Positions 37,663 through 49,138 of a stretch of 64,000 nt of DNA are shown piece by piece (the first letter of the stretch is position 1; every line of letters starts with the position of its first letter). The position numbers and the translations under genes are program-made. The notes below the pieces were generated by a model, which saw nothing but the letters and a program-made list of their open reading frames with translations, was not told the origin of the DNA and did no database searches. This DNA is from Alphaproteobacteria bacterium (GTDB lineage: Bacteria > Pseudomonadota > Alphaproteobacteria > JAVJVX01), in NCBI GenBank assembly GCA_040220875.1, contig JAVJVX010000005.1, positions 521,665 to 585,664 of the forward strand, given 5' to 3'.

Positions 37663-39744
37663 TCAGGCGTTTGTCAGTGGGGTGAATTCCTCGAGATCGC
37701 CCGGCTCGATATATTTTGTCCAGTTGTCGAAACGCTCGAGACCGGCAAGGAAGCCCTCATATATCGCGTGTTCGATCCGCCGGGGCGCCACACAGTCTCC
37801 GACGCGATGGACGTTCGCCAACTCGTCCTTGAGCGCGAAGTAGAGACTGTCGGCCGGAAGCTGCGCCGTCGACAGGACAAAGTGATCGACAGGCCCGATC
37901 GTCGTCTTCTCGCCGGAATAGATATTGAAGATGTGAGCCGTATCGCCCGAGAGTTTCTCGGCCCAGCTATTGGGCGTGATCCTGAGCCCCGCCTTCATCA
38001 CCCGCGGCAGAATTTCGGGCAGATCGAGCGTGGCGTTCATGCGGTGAAACGCCGATGGATGGCGGGTCAGGAGATGCACCTCGTGCCCGTCCGAAAGCAG
38101 TAATTCGGCCAGGCCGGCGGTGTAGCGCGTTCCATCGTCGTCCAGAATCAGGACCCGCTTCCCCAACCCGCCGGGCGCGCGAATGGCATCCCAGCCCGAG
38201 ACCACATTGGACTGATCGACGCCGGGCAGGCGTTCGACCGCCGGGTTGACGATATTGAAGCCCGACATGTCCGGCACCGCGCCCGTCGCGACGATGACAC
38301 CGCCGGGCGCAAGATCGCGGATCCCGGCCACCGTTGCCTCGGTGCCCCTCAGGATATCGACGCCCAGCCGGACGAGCTGGCGTTCCAGGTCGCGGGCGAT
38401 ATGGGCAAAGCTCTGCCGGCGCGGTGTCTTGAGGATAAGGTCGACCTGGCCGCCCAGCTTTTCCGATTTCTCGAACAGTGTCACGTTGTGCCCGCGCCGC
38501 GCCAGCGTCTCGGCCGCCTTTAGGCCGGCCGGACCGCCACCGACGACGACCCAGCGTCCCGGTTTTGCGGCCCGGGTGATGGTGCGCTCATTGAAGACCT
38601 CCTCGCGGCCGGCACTGGGCGTCAGGATGCAGGTCATCGGCCCTCCCTCGAACAGGCGGCCGATGCAACCCTGGTTGCAGCGAATGCAATGGGTGATCTC
38701 ATCTTCCCGGCCCTCGCGCACCTTGTTCACGAATTCCGGGTCGGCCAGGTTGGCCCGCGTCATCGCGACCATGTCGCAAACACCATCGGCCAGCGCCCGT
38801 TCGGCCATGGCGGGATGGCTGATGCCTCCCACCAGGAAGACGGGCAGGCCCGCGACGGCCTCGCGCAATTGCTTGCACCTGTCGCGGAGCCAGCCGTCGG
38901 GGACATCGAAAGGGGGGATCATGTAATTGGGCACGTGATAGGTGCCAGCCGTCACCACGATGTAATCGACCGTCCCGCTTTCCTTGAAGCGCTTGGCGAT
39001 CTCGATCCAGTCCTCCACCTCGAGCCCGCCCGGGACCATCTCGGTCAGGGGCAGGCGGATGCCGACGACGTAATCGGGGCCGACCCGTTCGCGTACGCTT
39101 TCGGTCACTTCCAGCGGCAGCCGCAATCGGTTTTCGAAACTGCCGCCATAGGCATCCGTGCGCTTGTTGAAGGCCGGCGAGAGGAATTGCTGCAACAGGT
39201 AGGAATGCGCGAGATGCACCTCGACCCCATCGAACTCCGCCTGTTTGGCGTAATCGGCCGTCAGCGCCCAGCCGTCGCGCAGCTCGTCCATATCCTCACG
39301 CTCCATCGCCTTGGCCATTTCATGGAGAGCCGGCGACTTGATGTTGGAGGCTGACCAGAGGACGCGAAAATCGTCCATCGAACTTGACGATCCGTTGACG
39401 CCGAAATGATTGAGCTGGGCGATGATATGGGCGCCATGAGCATGCACGGTCCGTGTGAGCGCGAGGTCGGGCTCCAGCATTTCCGGCTTGTAACCGTAGG
39501 AATAACCACGGGCGAAGGTATTGGACGTGGGATGCACCAGCCGGTTCCCGGTTGTCAGCAGACCCAGCCCGCCTTTCGCGCGCGCCTCGTGGTAGTAGCG
39601 GTCACGATTATTGGTCACACCGGTCTTCTTGTGGAACATCTTGGCGTGACCGGACTGCATGATCCGGTTTCGGATCGTGAGACCCTTCAACGCGAGGGGC
39701 TCGAAAATATGGGGATAGGTGGTTTCGCCGGGCTGGCGCGGCAT
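37663..39744 (-). CDS. OYE-like FMN / 4Fe-4S / FAD-NAD(P) flavoprotein (TMADH / 2,4-dienoyl-CoA-reductase family)
   Basis: OYE TIM-barrel N-terminus. Cys cluster CIRCNQGC…C. Dinucleotide-binding [10 protein letters not shown]. Start reassigned to the ATG at 39744. Confidence 0.8.
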   Translation of the reverse strand: MPRQPGETTYPHIFEPLALKGLTIRNRIMQSGHAKMFHKKTGVTNNRDRYYHEARAKGGLGLLTTGNRLVHPTSNTFARGYSYGYKPEMLEPDLALTRTVHAHGAHIIAQLNHFGVNGSSSSMDDFRVLWSASNIKSPALHEMAKAMEREDMDELRDGWALTADYAKQAEFDGVEVHLAHSYLLQQFLSPAFNKRTDAYGGSFENRLRLPLEVTESVRERVGPDYVVGIRLPLTEMVPGGLEVEDWIEIAKRFKESGTVDYIVVTAGTYHVPNYMIPPFDVPDGWLRDRCKQLREAVAGLPVFLVGGISHPAMAERALADGVCDMVAMTRANLADPEFVNKVREGREDEITHCIRCNQGCIGRLFEGGPMTCILTPSAGREEVFNERTITRAAKPGRWVVVGGGPAGLKAAETLARRGHNVTLFEKSEKLGGQVDLILKTPRRQSFAHIARDLERQLVRLGVDILRGTEATVAGIRDLAPGGVIVATGAVPDMSGFNIVNPAVERLPGVDQSNVVSGWDAIRAPGGLGKRVLILDDDGTRYTAGLAELLLSDGHEVHLLTRHPSAFHRMNATLDLPEILPRVMKAGLRITPNSWAEKLSGDTAHIFNIYSGEKTTIGPVDHFVLSTAQLPADSLYFALKDELANVHRVGDCVAPRRIEHAIYEGFLAGLERFDNWTKYIEPGDLEEFTPLTNA

Positions 39745-39998
39745 GGGACTTCCTCTCGTAATCGGGTTGCCGGCGGGGCGCAACGCCGGCGCTTCCTCGT
39801 GAGAATGCCGGGCACCGACCAGCGTTTCGCCGCTCTTGGAGGTGGCGCTTATAAGGGATATTACGTAGTTCGCCGAGTTGGCGCAAGGCACGGCGCGCGG
39901 CCACCCTGCGCCGCCCCGATCGCATCTTGATCTGGCCCATCGGCCCTCGGCCTTACCCGGTGTTAGGCTGATCGACGGTTTTTCGGACCTGACAGCGC

Positions 39999-42710
39999 AT
40001 GACGGACCCTGCCGACCAGCCCACCTATCACGCCGTTCCGGTGGATGAGACGCTTGTCGCCCTGGGAGCGACAGAAAAAGGGCTGAGCGAGCGGGAGGCG
40101 GCGGACCGGCTCGCGAAACATGGCGCCAACCGGCTGCCCCCGCCGGTGAAACAGAGCACGGTGCGCCGTTTCCTCCATCATTTTCACAACGTCCTGATCT
40201 ATGTCCTGCTCGGCTCCGCGATCATCACCGCAAGCCTGGGACACATCACGGACACGGGTGTCATTCTGGCCGTGGTCGTGGTCAACGCACTGATCGGATT
40301 TATCCAGGAAGGCCGGGCCGAACAGGCGATGGATGCGATCCGTCAAATGCTCGCCTCACGCACGACGGTGCTGCGCGACGGCAAGCGGAACAGCATCGCG
40401 AGTGCCGATATCGTGCCCGGCGACATCGTCCTGCTGGAGGCGGGCGACAAGGTGACGGCTGATTTGCGCCTTTTGTCCGCGCGCGGACTGCGCATGGAAG
40501 AGGCCGTGCTGACGGGCGAGTCCGTCCCGGTGGAAAAGACGACCCGGCCGGTGGCTGAAACGGCCGCGCTGGGGGACCGGTCCTCCATGGCCTATAGCGG
40601 CACGCTGGTCGCCGGCGGGACCGGTCGGGGAGTGGTGGTCGCCACCGCCGGCGCTACCGAGATCGGGCATATCAGCGGCATGCTGTCACGCGTGGAGACA
40701 CTGACGACGCCCCTTGTCGAGCAAATGAACCTGTTTGCCCGCTGGCTGACCGTGCTGATCCTGCTCGTCGCCGCCGTTTTGCTTGCCTATGGCTATTTCG
40801 TCGGCCACGTCCCGTTCGCGGAGCTCTTCATGGCCGTGGTGGGGCTTTCAGTTGCCGCCATTCCAGAAGGTCTGCCGGCCGTCCTCACCATCACTCTTGC
40901 GATCGGGGTCCAGGCCATGGCGCGGCGCAACGCCATTGTCCGTCGCCTGCCGGCAATCGAGACAATCGGCGCCGTCTCGGTGATTTGCAGCGACAAGACC
41001 GGCACGCTGACGCGCAACGAAATGATGGCGGCGACGATCGCCACGGCGGCCCAAGGCTATACGGTGGGCGGAAGCGGCTACGCGCCGGAAGGTACGATCC
41101 GGATCGGAGAGACGGTGCACGATGCCCGGGACGACGCAGTGCTCCGTGAGGTTGCTCATGTGGCCGCGCTTTGCAACGACGCCGTTCTGCGCGCTCACGA
41201 GACGGACTGGCGGGTCGAGGGCGATCCGATGGAGGGAGCGTTGCAGGCGCTGGCCGGCAAGATCACGGGGGATCATGCACAAGCGTTTGCCGGATGGACA
41301 CGCACCGACGCCATTCCTTTCGATGCCAGTCATCGCTATATGGCTGTCCTGCATCACGATCATGAGGGCCATGCGCGGATCGATGTAAAGGGCGCGCCCG
41401 AGCGCGTCCTCGAAATGTGCGCGGACCAGCTTGCGTCCGACGGCGGCACAGCCCCCCTCGACCGGGACGACTGGCATACCAGGGTCGAGGCCATCACGGC
41501 CGAGGGCCAGCGCGTTCTGGCCCTGGCCCGGCGGAACGTGGCACCGGATCACGTGGTCCTGAATACCGAAGATCTCGAGGGCCGATTGACCCTGGTTGGC
41601 CTGATCGGTCTGATCGACCCGCCCCGACCGGAGGCCATCGCCGCCGTCGGCGAATGCCACGAGGCCGGTATACGCGTGAAGATGATCACCGGCGACCACG
41701 CCGGCACGGCACGCGCGATCGCCCGCCAGATCGGGCTGCAGAATCCGGACCGTGTCCTCACGGGCGCGGACCTTGAAGACATGGACGATGCGCGCCTCAG
41801 CGAAGTGGCGGTGGAGACCGACATCTTCGCCCGCACCAGTCCGCATCACAAGCTGCGCCTGGTCATGGCGCTTCAGGCCCACGGACTGACGGTTGCCATG
41901 ACCGGTGACGGAGTGAACGACGCGCCGGCGCTGAAGCGCGCCGATGCCGGGATCGCCATGGGCCAGAAAGGAAGTGAGGCGGCAAAGGAAGCGGCCGAAC
42001 TGGTGCTGGCGGATGACAATTTTGCCTCGATTGTGGCCGCCGTGCGCGAGGGGCGTACCGTCTATGACAATATCAAGAAGGTGATCAGCTGGACGCTTCC
42101 CACGAATGCCGGCGAGGCGCTGACCATCATTATCGCCCTGTTCCTGGGCATGGCATTGCCGGTGACACCCGTCCAGATCTTGTGGATCAACCTTATCACC
42201 GCCGTCACGCTCGGGCTTGCGCTCGCCTTCGAACCGACGGAAGAGGACACGATGCGACGCGCGCCACGCGCGCGCCGGGCCCCACTTCTGACGGGGGAGT
42301 TGATCTGGCGCATCGTGCTGGTCTCGGGGCTGTTCGTGTTCGCTGTTTTCGGCCTTTATTCTTTTTCAATCGACCGGGGCGATGCGCCCGAGATGGCGCG
42401 GACCATAGCAGTGAATACGCTCGTGACGCTCGAAATCTTCAATCTGTTCTTTGTCCGGAATATTTACGGGACGTCCCTGACCTGGAAAGCCGTGCGCGGC
42501 ACGCGCGTCGTCTGGATTACCGTCCTGTCGGTTGTGGCCGCGCAGTTCGCCCTAACCTATTTGCCGGTACTTCAGACGGTGTTTGAAACCCGCGCGCTCT
42601 CGGTCTTCGATGGCCTGCTGATCGTCGCCACGGGCGCGGTGTTTTTCGCCATCATCGAGGCGGAAAAACAGATCCGCCTCGCCTTGCGCAATCGGGGGCC
42701 CGGCGCCTGA
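39999..42710 (+). CDS. P2-type cation-transporting ATPase (Ca2+/Mg2+-ATPase family)
   Basis: Phosphorylation motif [10 protein letters not shown], hinge [15 protein letters not shown] actuator motif. 903 aa. Confidence 0.9.
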   Translation: MTDPADQPTYHAVPVDETLVALGATEKGLSEREAADRLAKHGANRLPPPVKQSTVRRFLHHFHNVLIYVLLGSAIITASLGHITDTGVILAVVVVNALIGFIQEGRAEQAMDAIRQMLASRTTVLRDGKRNSIASADIVPGDIVLLEAGDKVTADLRLLSARGLRMEEAVLTGESVPVEKTTRPVAETAALGDRSSMAYSGTLVAGGTGRGVVVATAGATEIGHISGMLSRVETLTTPLVEQMNLFARWLTVLILLVAAVLLAYGYFVGHVPFAELFMAVVGLSVAAIPEGLPAVLTITLAIGVQAMARRNAIVRRLPAIETIGAVSVICSDKTGTLTRNEMMAATIATAAQGYTVGGSGYAPEGTIRIGETVHDARDDAVLREVAHVAALCNDAVLRAHETDWRVEGDPMEGALQALAGKITGDHAQAFAGWTRTDAIPFDASHRYMAVLHHDHEGHARIDVKGAPERVLEMCADQLASDGGTAPLDRDDWHTRVEAITAEGQRVLALARRNVAPDHVVLNTEDLEGRLTLVGLIGLIDPPRPEAIAAVGECHEAGIRVKMITGDHAGTARAIARQIGLQNPDRVLTGADLEDMDDARLSEVAVETDIFARTSPHHKLRLVMALQAHGLTVAMTGDGVNDAPALKRADAGIAMGQKGSEAAKEAAELVLADDNFASIVAAVREGRTVYDNIKKVISWTLPTNAGEALTIIIALFLGMALPVTPVQILWINLITAVTLGLALAFEPTEEDTMRRAPRARRAPLLTGELIWRIVLVSGLFVFAVFGLYSFSIDRGDAPEMARTIAVNTLVTLEIFNLFFVRNIYGTSLTWKAVRGTRVVWITVLSVVAAQFALTYLPVLQTVFETRALSVFDGLLIVATGAVFFAIIEAEKQIRLALRNRGPGA

Positions 42711-42864
42711 GCCTCCTTCCGGCGCACCGCCTGAAGCCGGCGGCAGGCCGGGGGTTCCCTTCCCCACCGGATCATGCTGAGTTGCCTCGGTAAAACCGCT
42801 CTGGTTGAGGATCGGCGTTCCGGTTATTTTGGCGGCCAACGTGAGCACAAGATAGGCGATCGAT

Positions 42865-43833
42865 ATGAATGTTCGTAACCGGGCGAAAACCCTGGAAGAA
42901 GTCGATTTTGGCAACCATCCCAGCCTCCAACGGGTGTGTCGGGAACAGGTCGGGGTCTGGCCGGCGCACGAGGCAACGCTGGCGACAAGCCTTCGGGACC
43001 GTTCCACCGAGGTCCTGAGGGACTCGGAGATTTTTGCCTCTCTTATTCTGCGGATCGCGGAAGATCATTCGCAGCCGATTCGGAAGATCTGCACCGATTA
43101 TCGCTATTTCTGCGAAGAAATGATCCTCAAGGCCGAACTCTTTTTCCGTCGCAACAAGCGCTATGAACGTTCCACCTTCGAAGAGGCCTATAACGACGTG
43201 TATGCCGATCCCGTCATCATGGAAAAATATATGAACGGGCTTCTGCTATCCGGCCTTTTCTGGATCAATCACGCCAACGCCCTGACTTACTACCGCACAA
43301 AATTTCTGGCGGGCAATGTCGAGGGGTACGACCATCTTGAGGTCGGGCCCGGCCACGGCACGCTGCTCTATTTCGCGGCCACGGATCCGCGCATGGGCTC
43401 GGCGACGGGTTGGGATGTCAGCCCGGGAGCCATCGATGCAACGCGGCGAACTCTGGCAGCAATCGGCGTGGACGAAAAAGTGTCTCTGGTCTGCCAGAAC
43501 CTGTATGACGCGCCGGGCAGCGTTAATCGCTACGACAGCATTGTCGTCAGCGAGGTTCTGGAGCATCTGGAAGATCCCAAGGGGGCTTTGGTGTGCTTGC
43601 ACGACTACCTGAAGCCGGGCGGTCGGATCTACGTAAACATGCCGGCCAACAGTCCGGCACCCGATCATATATTCCTGATCACCGACGCTGAGGAAACGCT
43701 CGGCTTCATGAGGGAGGCCGGCTTCGAAATCGAGCAGAGAGAGTTGTTTCCCATGACCGGCTACAGCCTCGAGCAATGCAGGAAGCACGCACTTACAGTG
43801 AACTGCGCGGCCATTGGGCGGAAAAAGCCCTAA
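42865..43833 (+). CDS. Class I SAM-dependent methyltransferase with an N-terminal extension of about 120 aa
   Basis: Motif I LEVGPGHG and post-I VVSEVLEHLEDP. Its stop overlaps the convergent FkbH-like gene. Confidence 0.8.
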   Translation: MNVRNRAKTLEEVDFGNHPSLQRVCREQVGVWPAHEATLATSLRDRSTEVLRDSEIFASLILRIAEDHSQPIRKICTDYRYFCEEMILKAELFFRRNKRYERSTFEEAYNDVYADPVIMEKYMNGLLLSGLFWINHANALTYYRTKFLAGNVEGYDHLEVGPGHGTLLYFAATDPRMGSATGWDVSPGAIDATRRTLAAIGVDEKVSLVCQNLYDAPGSVNRYDSIVVSEVLEHLEDPKGALVCLHDYLKPGGRIYVNMPANSPAPDHIFLITDAEETLGFMREAGFEIEQRELFPMTGYSLEQCRKHALTVNCAAIGRKKP

Positions 43834-45743
43834 TCGTCTCCTGTCCCTGCCTGTTCGACCTCGAAGGGAAGGTTGTCGCGCGGCGTGAAGCCATCAACCT
43901 CCAGCCGCCAGGTGGTCCGCCCCCCCTCGTCCTCGACGAGATCGAAGCCAAAATTGGCGAACAGATCCTTTACGAGGGAGTTTTTCGGAGTCGGATCATA
44001 ATGGCCGATAATTTCCCCGACCTCCCGCTCCTTCGCCGCCCGGACCAATTGGTGCAGGACCGCATCCTCGACATTGCGCCCAAGCACGCGGCAGCTCATC
44101 AGCCATGTCTCGATATCCCAGGTCTGCCCGACCTGGTTGATGATGACGACCGATATGATGCCGTTATCTCCAAACCGGTCACGCAGGCGGGCCTGAAGCG
44201 TATATGTTTCGGGCGAGCGGGATAGTTCGGCGACTTCCTTTTCCGTATATCGTCTGGTCGTCAGATTGAACTGGTTCGTCTTGTTTATGAGCTGTGTGAT
44301 GCGAGGCAACTGGGCGGCAGTGAACGGGGCGAACCGGATGACCATATCCAGCGATTTCAGGTAGTCCTCGATGCTTCTGGACTTCGACTGAAGCTCGGCC
44401 CGCTTGACATTGTCGCGGTACTGGCGGGCCCTGGCGCGATCTTCCTGCGAGAAGATGACGCTCTCGAAATATCCGGCGCTCAGGACGGTTCTGGGTATCA
44501 AGGCCGGATCTTCCGGCAATTCCGGCACCGCCAGGGCCGGCAAGGCCTCACGGACCTGTTCACGCTCGAACGGGTTGTCATCGACAAAAACGATGGCATC
44601 CAGGCCAATATTGAGGACCTTCGCAATTGCTTCGATATTGGTTGCCTTGTCGGTCCAGTTCGCCTGGAACACCGAGATATGTTCTTCCCGAAGAAGCATA
44701 TCGGGGTGCTCCCGAAACGGCTGCAGGGCGATCTCGTCGTCGTTTTTCGAGCAGATTGCGAGGATGATGCCCCGGCTGTGCAGATCCAGCGCCATTTTCT
44801 GAATATCGAGATGGGCCTCGGCGATGGCATCGCCCTGTCCCACGAGGATACCCTCCAGCCCGTCGTCGCCGACAACGCCGGACCACAGGGTGTTATCCAG
44901 ATCGAGGACGAGACATTTTCTGGACTTGCCGCGGATCGCGGCAATCAGGCGGGAGACGTGATCGACATATAGGGGGACGAGCTTCTGGGAAAAGGGGAGC
45001 TTGTAGTGATTCCACTGAACCGGGTCATGCCAGGTTTCGAGCCCAACGGATGCAGCCAGGCCGGCAACGTTCAGAACGTAATCTCCGCTCTCTCGGGCGA
45101 GATCCTCCAGCCGCCGGTTGAACAGCGCGCTCATGGACAGGTTGGTCCCGGCTACTCGCCTGTCCATACTGCCAAATGCGGAATCGGGAAATGGCGCGAG
45201 GGTCTGGTAGATGACGAAAGCCCCCGAAGCGGCCGCGATCCCCGTGCGGATCGTGCGCAGATAGTCGATCGCTTCCTCGACCGCCGCCTGCTCCTGCTCG
45301 AACGAGCCGAACTCGACATCGCCAAACGGCAGGCCGCGCTTGTCGAGCGCAAGCAGCACGGCATCGGGCCTGGCCGCGTTCACGGTCGAAGCCGGGTTCG
45401 TCGCTTCCTGGATCACCTGATCGTAGTCGGCCTGAACAACCTCGAGGTTCAGACCGAACCGGGCGGCAGCGGCCGGCAGCGCGGGCGCGTAAAGGCAGGT
45501 CGTGCCATTGCCGATGACACCAAGCCGGAATTCCGTCATCGGCGCCAGGTTCGAGCCGTTCTCGCGCGCAATTTCGATGGATTTGGTCAGGCGCGCCAGC
45601 TTGTTCGCGTCAAGCCGGCAGTTCGCCAGCGACATGATCGCGACCCCCGACTCATGCGGCCGTTTATCAAATTCGGCGCAACGGGCGCGGAAATCCTCCG
45701 GGGTCGGCTTCAGCCAGGGAAGGTTTTGAACAGAAAACGCCAT
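43830..45743 (-). CDS. FkbH-like HAD-IIIC phosphatase-family loader with C-terminal GNAT-like domain
   Basis: HAD motif I LVLDLDNTLW in the centre. Domain order is N-terminal domain, then HAD, then an acyl-CoA-N-acyltransferase-like C-terminus, which matches FkbH/OzmB-type glyceryl-ACP-forming enzymes. Confidence 0.7.
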   Translation of the reverse strand: MAFSVQNLPWLKPTPEDFRARCAEFDKRPHESGVAIMSLANCRLDANKLARLTKSIEIARENGSNLAPMTEFRLGVIGNGTTCLYAPALPAAAARFGLNLEVVQADYDQVIQEATNPASTVNAARPDAVLLALDKRGLPFGDVEFGSFEQEQAAVEEAIDYLRTIRTGIAAASGAFVIYQTLAPFPDSAFGSMDRRVAGTNLSMSALFNRRLEDLARESGDYVLNVAGLAASVGLETWHDPVQWNHYKLPFSQKLVPLYVDHVSRLIAAIRGKSRKCLVLDLDNTLWSGVVGDDGLEGILVGQGDAIAEAHLDIQKMALDLHSRGIILAICSKNDDEIALQPFREHPDMLLREEHISVFQANWTDKATNIEAIAKVLNIGLDAIVFVDDNPFEREQVREALPALAVPELPEDPALIPRTVLSAGYFESVIFSQEDRARARQYRDNVKRAELQSKSRSIEDYLKSLDMVIRFAPFTAAQLPRITQLINKTNQFNLTTRRYTEKEVAELSRSPETYTLQARLRDRFGDNGIISVVIINQVGQTWDIETWLMSCRVLGRNVEDAVLHQLVRAAKEREVGEIIGHYDPTPKNSLVKDLFANFGFDLVEDEGGRTTWRLEVDGFTPRDNLPFEVEQAGTGDD

Positions 45744-45784
45744 ATCAGGAAATCTTCATATACGGGACCCGGGAAGGCGCAAAG

Positions 45785-46219
45785 TCAGTCGGGCCCGTCC
45801 AGAAGTTTCGAGCCCGCCGTTCCGCTGGCGACGAGTTTGTCGCCGCACCTGACCTGAAACTTCAACTTGACCGTATGGGTGGCCTCTGACTTGTGCGTGA
45901 TGGTTGCCTCCATCACCGCCTCTTCATCGACATACAAGGGCCGATTAAAATCAATTTTCCAACTGGTTGCCAACCCAAAGTCGCCGGGAAGATACATCCC
46001 CACCAGATTGGACAGCCGCGCGACGGTCAATGCCCCGTACACGACAACATCTTCAAAACCCCTGGCGCGCGCAAATGCGCGATCCATGTGTATGCGGCTG
46101 CGGTCGCCGGAGAGCTCCGCGAACTTTTCCATGTCGTCCCGGGACACCGAGAACGGCACGGTCACGGCCATGTCCTGCTGTATCTGATCCCACGTCAGTA
46201 TATTGGGCCTGACCGTCAA
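45785..46219 (-). CDS. MaoC-like (hot-dog fold) dehydratase
   Basis: 144 aa with hot-dog features. Its start overlaps the ACP gene stop by 4 nt. Confidence 0.75.
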   Translation of the reverse strand: MTVRPNILTWDQIQQDMAVTVPFSVSRDDMEKFAELSGDRSRIHMDRAFARARGFEDVVVYGALTVARLSNLVGMYLPGDFGLATSWKIDFNRPLYVDEEAVMEATITHKSEATHTVKLKFQVRCGDKLVASGTAGSKLLDGPD

Positions 46220-46473
46220 CCCGCCGTCCTTTTCTGGATCACTTTGACGAATTCCCCGACGTTGTTCAGGTTGGCGATTTCCCCTGACGAGAACTGAATG
46301 CCGAACTCTTCCTCGACGGCCACGACGAGACGGATGTTGCTGAGACTGTCCCAGGCCGGCACCTCGGCAGCGGTCATCTCCGGATGCGGCACAATATCGT
46401 CGTCATCGAAGACATCCCTGAAAACAGGCGTCAAGCGCTTGTAAACCTCTTCAGTCTCAATCATTTGAACCAA
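46216..46473 (-). CDS. Acyl/peptidyl carrier protein, DltC-like
   Basis: 85 aa. Phosphopantetheine site WDSLSNIRLVVAVEEEFGIQF, closely resembling the DltC DSL…EEEFGI signature. Confidence 0.8.
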   Translation of the reverse strand: MVQMIETEEVYKRLTPVFRDVFDDDDIVPHPEMTAAEVPAWDSLSNIRLVVAVEEEFGIQFSSGEIANLNNVGEFVKVIQKRTAG

Positions 46474-46524
46474 AACCTTCCTTAACGAAGCGATCGGGGC
46501 GCTCTCAAGGCTCGCCGGGGCGCC

Positions 46525-47676
46525 CTATTTTTCCTGGTTGCTGATAATCAGTGCCGTGGCCTGTGGCAAGAGGCTATCGGCAAGCTCGGCATATCCCGCG
46601 GCGTTCAGATGCACGTGGTCCAGAAACATGCCCGGTTTCAGGGACTCCAGCGCCGGATGATATCCGATATACCGGCCGTCCGCGTGATCTTCGATATGGC
46701 GCCGCAGCACCTCCAAATCCTGCTGGTGCTTCGACACGTCCACAATCTGCCGCAGAACGCCCGGGTTTTCCGTCGCATAAAAGATCAGCGTGGGCTGACG
46801 GGTCGCAGACAGAAACTCCAGCATGTACTGCAGGGCCGCAAGCTGGCGATTATCACCCTCAAGACGGATTGCGCTGTAACGCCTCTTCGCCTTGATCATA
46901 AGAATCGCCCGCTCCGAACGCTCCTCCTTGCGTGTCATCTCCGGGACGCCGCCCTTGAACCAGAGATCGATCTTCGTGCGAAGATTCCGCGTGAAGTTCA
47001 CGGGCTCGCCATCCAGCAGGTGCCACTGCAGGAAATCGGAAACGCGGTGGAGAAACCAGTACCCGGAGACGGTATCGTCAATCACCGAGGACAGGCGGGC
47101 GCCCTTTCCGCCCGTCGTGAGGCGACCGTTCCCCGAGATTTCCATGTCGTTGAGCCAGGGCCGGGTTTCCGCTTCTCCCGCCTCCTCGAAATCGTCCGAG
47201 AAGGAACGCAGGCTCAGATCAAACAGCAGCAGATCCGGCTTGTAGGGCTGAATGATCCGGACGAGGTTTTCCAGATCCTGCGGCAGGGCACCGTTCATGC
47301 CGAGGTTCAGAACCATCAGGTCCCGATCAGGAAAGGACCCCGCCAGCCGCTCCTGAAGTTGCCGCGAAATCACGTGTCTCCGCCAGTCGTCGTCGCCGTG
47401 TGCCTCCATCGACCGGCCATAAACCAGCGAATCCCCGAGGATGATCACCTTGATCCCGTCAAACTCGCGCAACGCCTCGAGCTTTGCGTAGAGCACGCTC
47501 GGCGTTTGAATATCGACGATCCTGAACAGCGTCTGGTTCTGCGAGAACCAGACGCGCACGGCGGCATCGATCACTCCAATGCAGAGCAGGACGAGCACGA
47601 CGACCTTCGCCAGCGCCACCAGATTGTGCAAATGGCCCGGGCGAGCGTTCTCTGTGACTGGCGTGTCCTGTGCCAT
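46525..47676 (-). CDS. Membrane-anchored SGNH/GDSL hydrolase-fold protein (DltD/AlgJ-like acyltransferase)
   Basis: N-terminal TM helix. Block I ILGDSLVYG and block V DHVHLNAAGY. RBS GGACAGGG. Confidence 0.75.
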   Translation of the reverse strand: MAQDTPVTENARPGHLHNLVALAKVVVLVLLCIGVIDAAVRVWFSQNQTLFRIVDIQTPSVLYAKLEALREFDGIKVIILGDSLVYGRSMEAHGDDDWRRHVISRQLQERLAGSFPDRDLMVLNLGMNGALPQDLENLVRIIQPYKPDLLLFDLSLRSFSDDFEEAGEAETRPWLNDMEISGNGRLTTGGKGARLSSVIDDTVSGYWFLHRVSDFLQWHLLDGEPVNFTRNLRTKIDLWFKGGVPEMTRKEERSERAILMIKAKRRYSAIRLEGDNRQLAALQYMLEFLSATRQPTLIFYATENPGVLRQIVDVSKHQQDLEVLRRHIEDHADGRYIGYHPALESLKPGMFLDHVHLNAAGYAELADSLLPQATALIISNQEK

Positions 47677-47691
47677 GCCGACCCTGTCCAG

Positions 47692-47805
47692 CTAGAAGTT
47701 CTGATACACGAAAAATGTCTGGCCCGAATTCATCAGGAGCAGAATTGCGGCTATCTTAAGGGCCAGCCAGAAGCTGCTGATGAGGAGCCCGGTTCTGTTA
47801 TTCAT
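47692..47805 (-). CDS. Unlisted 37-aa hydrophobic peptide (MNNRTGLLISSFWLALKIAAILLLMNSGQTFFVYQNF), DltX-like
   Basis: Its ATG overlaps the MBOAT stop (TGATG). It ends 12 nt before the SGNH start. One predicted TM helix and a C-terminal Tyr-containing tail VYQNF. It is below the ORF-track size cutoff. Confidence 0.45.
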   Translation of the reverse strand: MNNRTGLLISSFWLALKIAAILLLMNSGQTFFVYQNF

Positions 47806-49028
47806 CACCTAAATCCCAGCATTCTGCCGAAAATACCGCCCCACTCGGAGGCCGACGTCAGCCACAGCGTCAAACTCACCGAAACGAACGAATACACCAT
47901 AAGGCGCTTGGCATAGACGGTCGCGACGTTCGGACCCTGCCCGGCCGCCGCCGATGCCTTGAAGATCTTCTTGTATGCCTGGCTCAGGGCGAGAGCGCCG
48001 CCATGAAGGATGCCGAAGACCAGGAAACCGACCGTGGTCCCATGCCACATGGCGATGAGCACCATGGAGAAGAAATACGAGGCAACCACCAGGGCGAACT
48101 GGTACTGGCGCCGGACGTTTTTAAAAACATAAACGTTTATCGGCGTGAAAATGTAATCCTTCACCAGGCTGCTGAGCGACATATGCCAGCGCTCCCAGAA
48201 CTCCTGGATGTTGGTGGAGTGGAACGGCCGATTGAAATTCTCGACCACCCTGAACCCCATCAGCATCGCGAGCCCGATGACAATGTCGCAATATCCACTG
48301 AAATCCAGATAGATCAGAAGCAACTGCGACATCACGCCGAGCCACAGAACCGGTACAGACATGTCCATAGGATTGTCGAATGCCAGGATGCCGAACACGG
48401 ACAGGTTATCGGCAATCACGAATTTCTTGATCATGCCGTTAGCGATACGGTGCAGGGCCGGCATCACCAGATCCGGGTTCCACTGCGGTTGCGTCATCTG
48501 GGTTTCGAAACGCCGATAGCGTTCGATCGGACCGGCCAGTATGAGTGGGAAAAACAGGATGTAGTTGCAGTAACGCAAAAGGCCGGGTTCTTCGATGAAC
48601 TCGACCTCCATAAGGTAACTGATACTCCTGAATACCATGTAGGAGATGCCGATGATCTGGACCGTCACATAGTAAAACGGGTTAACGGACGAAAATAACG
48701 AACCGTCCCGAACCAGAAACAGGAATGCCCACAAGCCAACGACGCTGACGCCAAGGATTGCCGAAGCCCGAGAGGCTTCGGCGCGCAACCGCCACCGTCC
48801 GATGAAATAGGTGAGGACGATGAACGACACCAGAATGCCGACGGTTTCAACGTTAACGAAGAAGGCCGATATGAAATAAATATTGAAGGCCAGGAGAGTA
48901 ATATTCCTGGCCGTTGCCTTGCCCAGCAGGTTCATCGCGATGACGGCCAGGATCGCGAACAGCAGGAATTCCCAGCTGTTGATCGCAAATCCCGACAGGG
49001 AGTCTCCATTAGCGTCAAATACGGGCAT
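47805..49028 (-). CDS. Membrane-bound O-acyltransferase (MBOAT; DltB/AlgI-like)
   Basis: Polytopic 407 aa. Invariant MBOAT His in ERWHMSLS. Confidence 0.85.
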   Translation of the reverse strand: MPVFDANGDSLSGFAINSWEFLLFAILAVIAMNLLGKATARNITLLAFNIYFISAFFVNVETVGILVSFIVLTYFIGRWRLRAEASRASAILGVSVVGLWAFLFLVRDGSLFSSVNPFYYVTVQIIGISYMVFRSISYLMEVEFIEEPGLLRYCNYILFFPLILAGPIERYRRFETQMTQPQWNPDLVMPALHRIANGMIKKFVIADNLSVFGILAFDNPMDMSVPVLWLGVMSQLLLIYLDFSGYCDIVIGLAMLMGFRVVENFNRPFHSTNIQEFWERWHMSLSSLVKDYIFTPINVYVFKNVRRQYQFALVVASYFFSMVLIAMWHGTTVGFLVFGILHGGALALSQAYKKIFKASAAAGQGPNVATVYAKRLMVYSFVSVSLTLWLTSASEWGGIFGRMLGFR

Positions 49029-49138
49029 CAGGGACTCGTTTCCTGCGTATCGGGTATCGGGCGGGAGTGACTGGCACGGACCTGTGTCAGCCGGTTGCCG
49101 GAGCGGCCGGCCAGGCGGGACCAGCGCTGCGGCACCAT

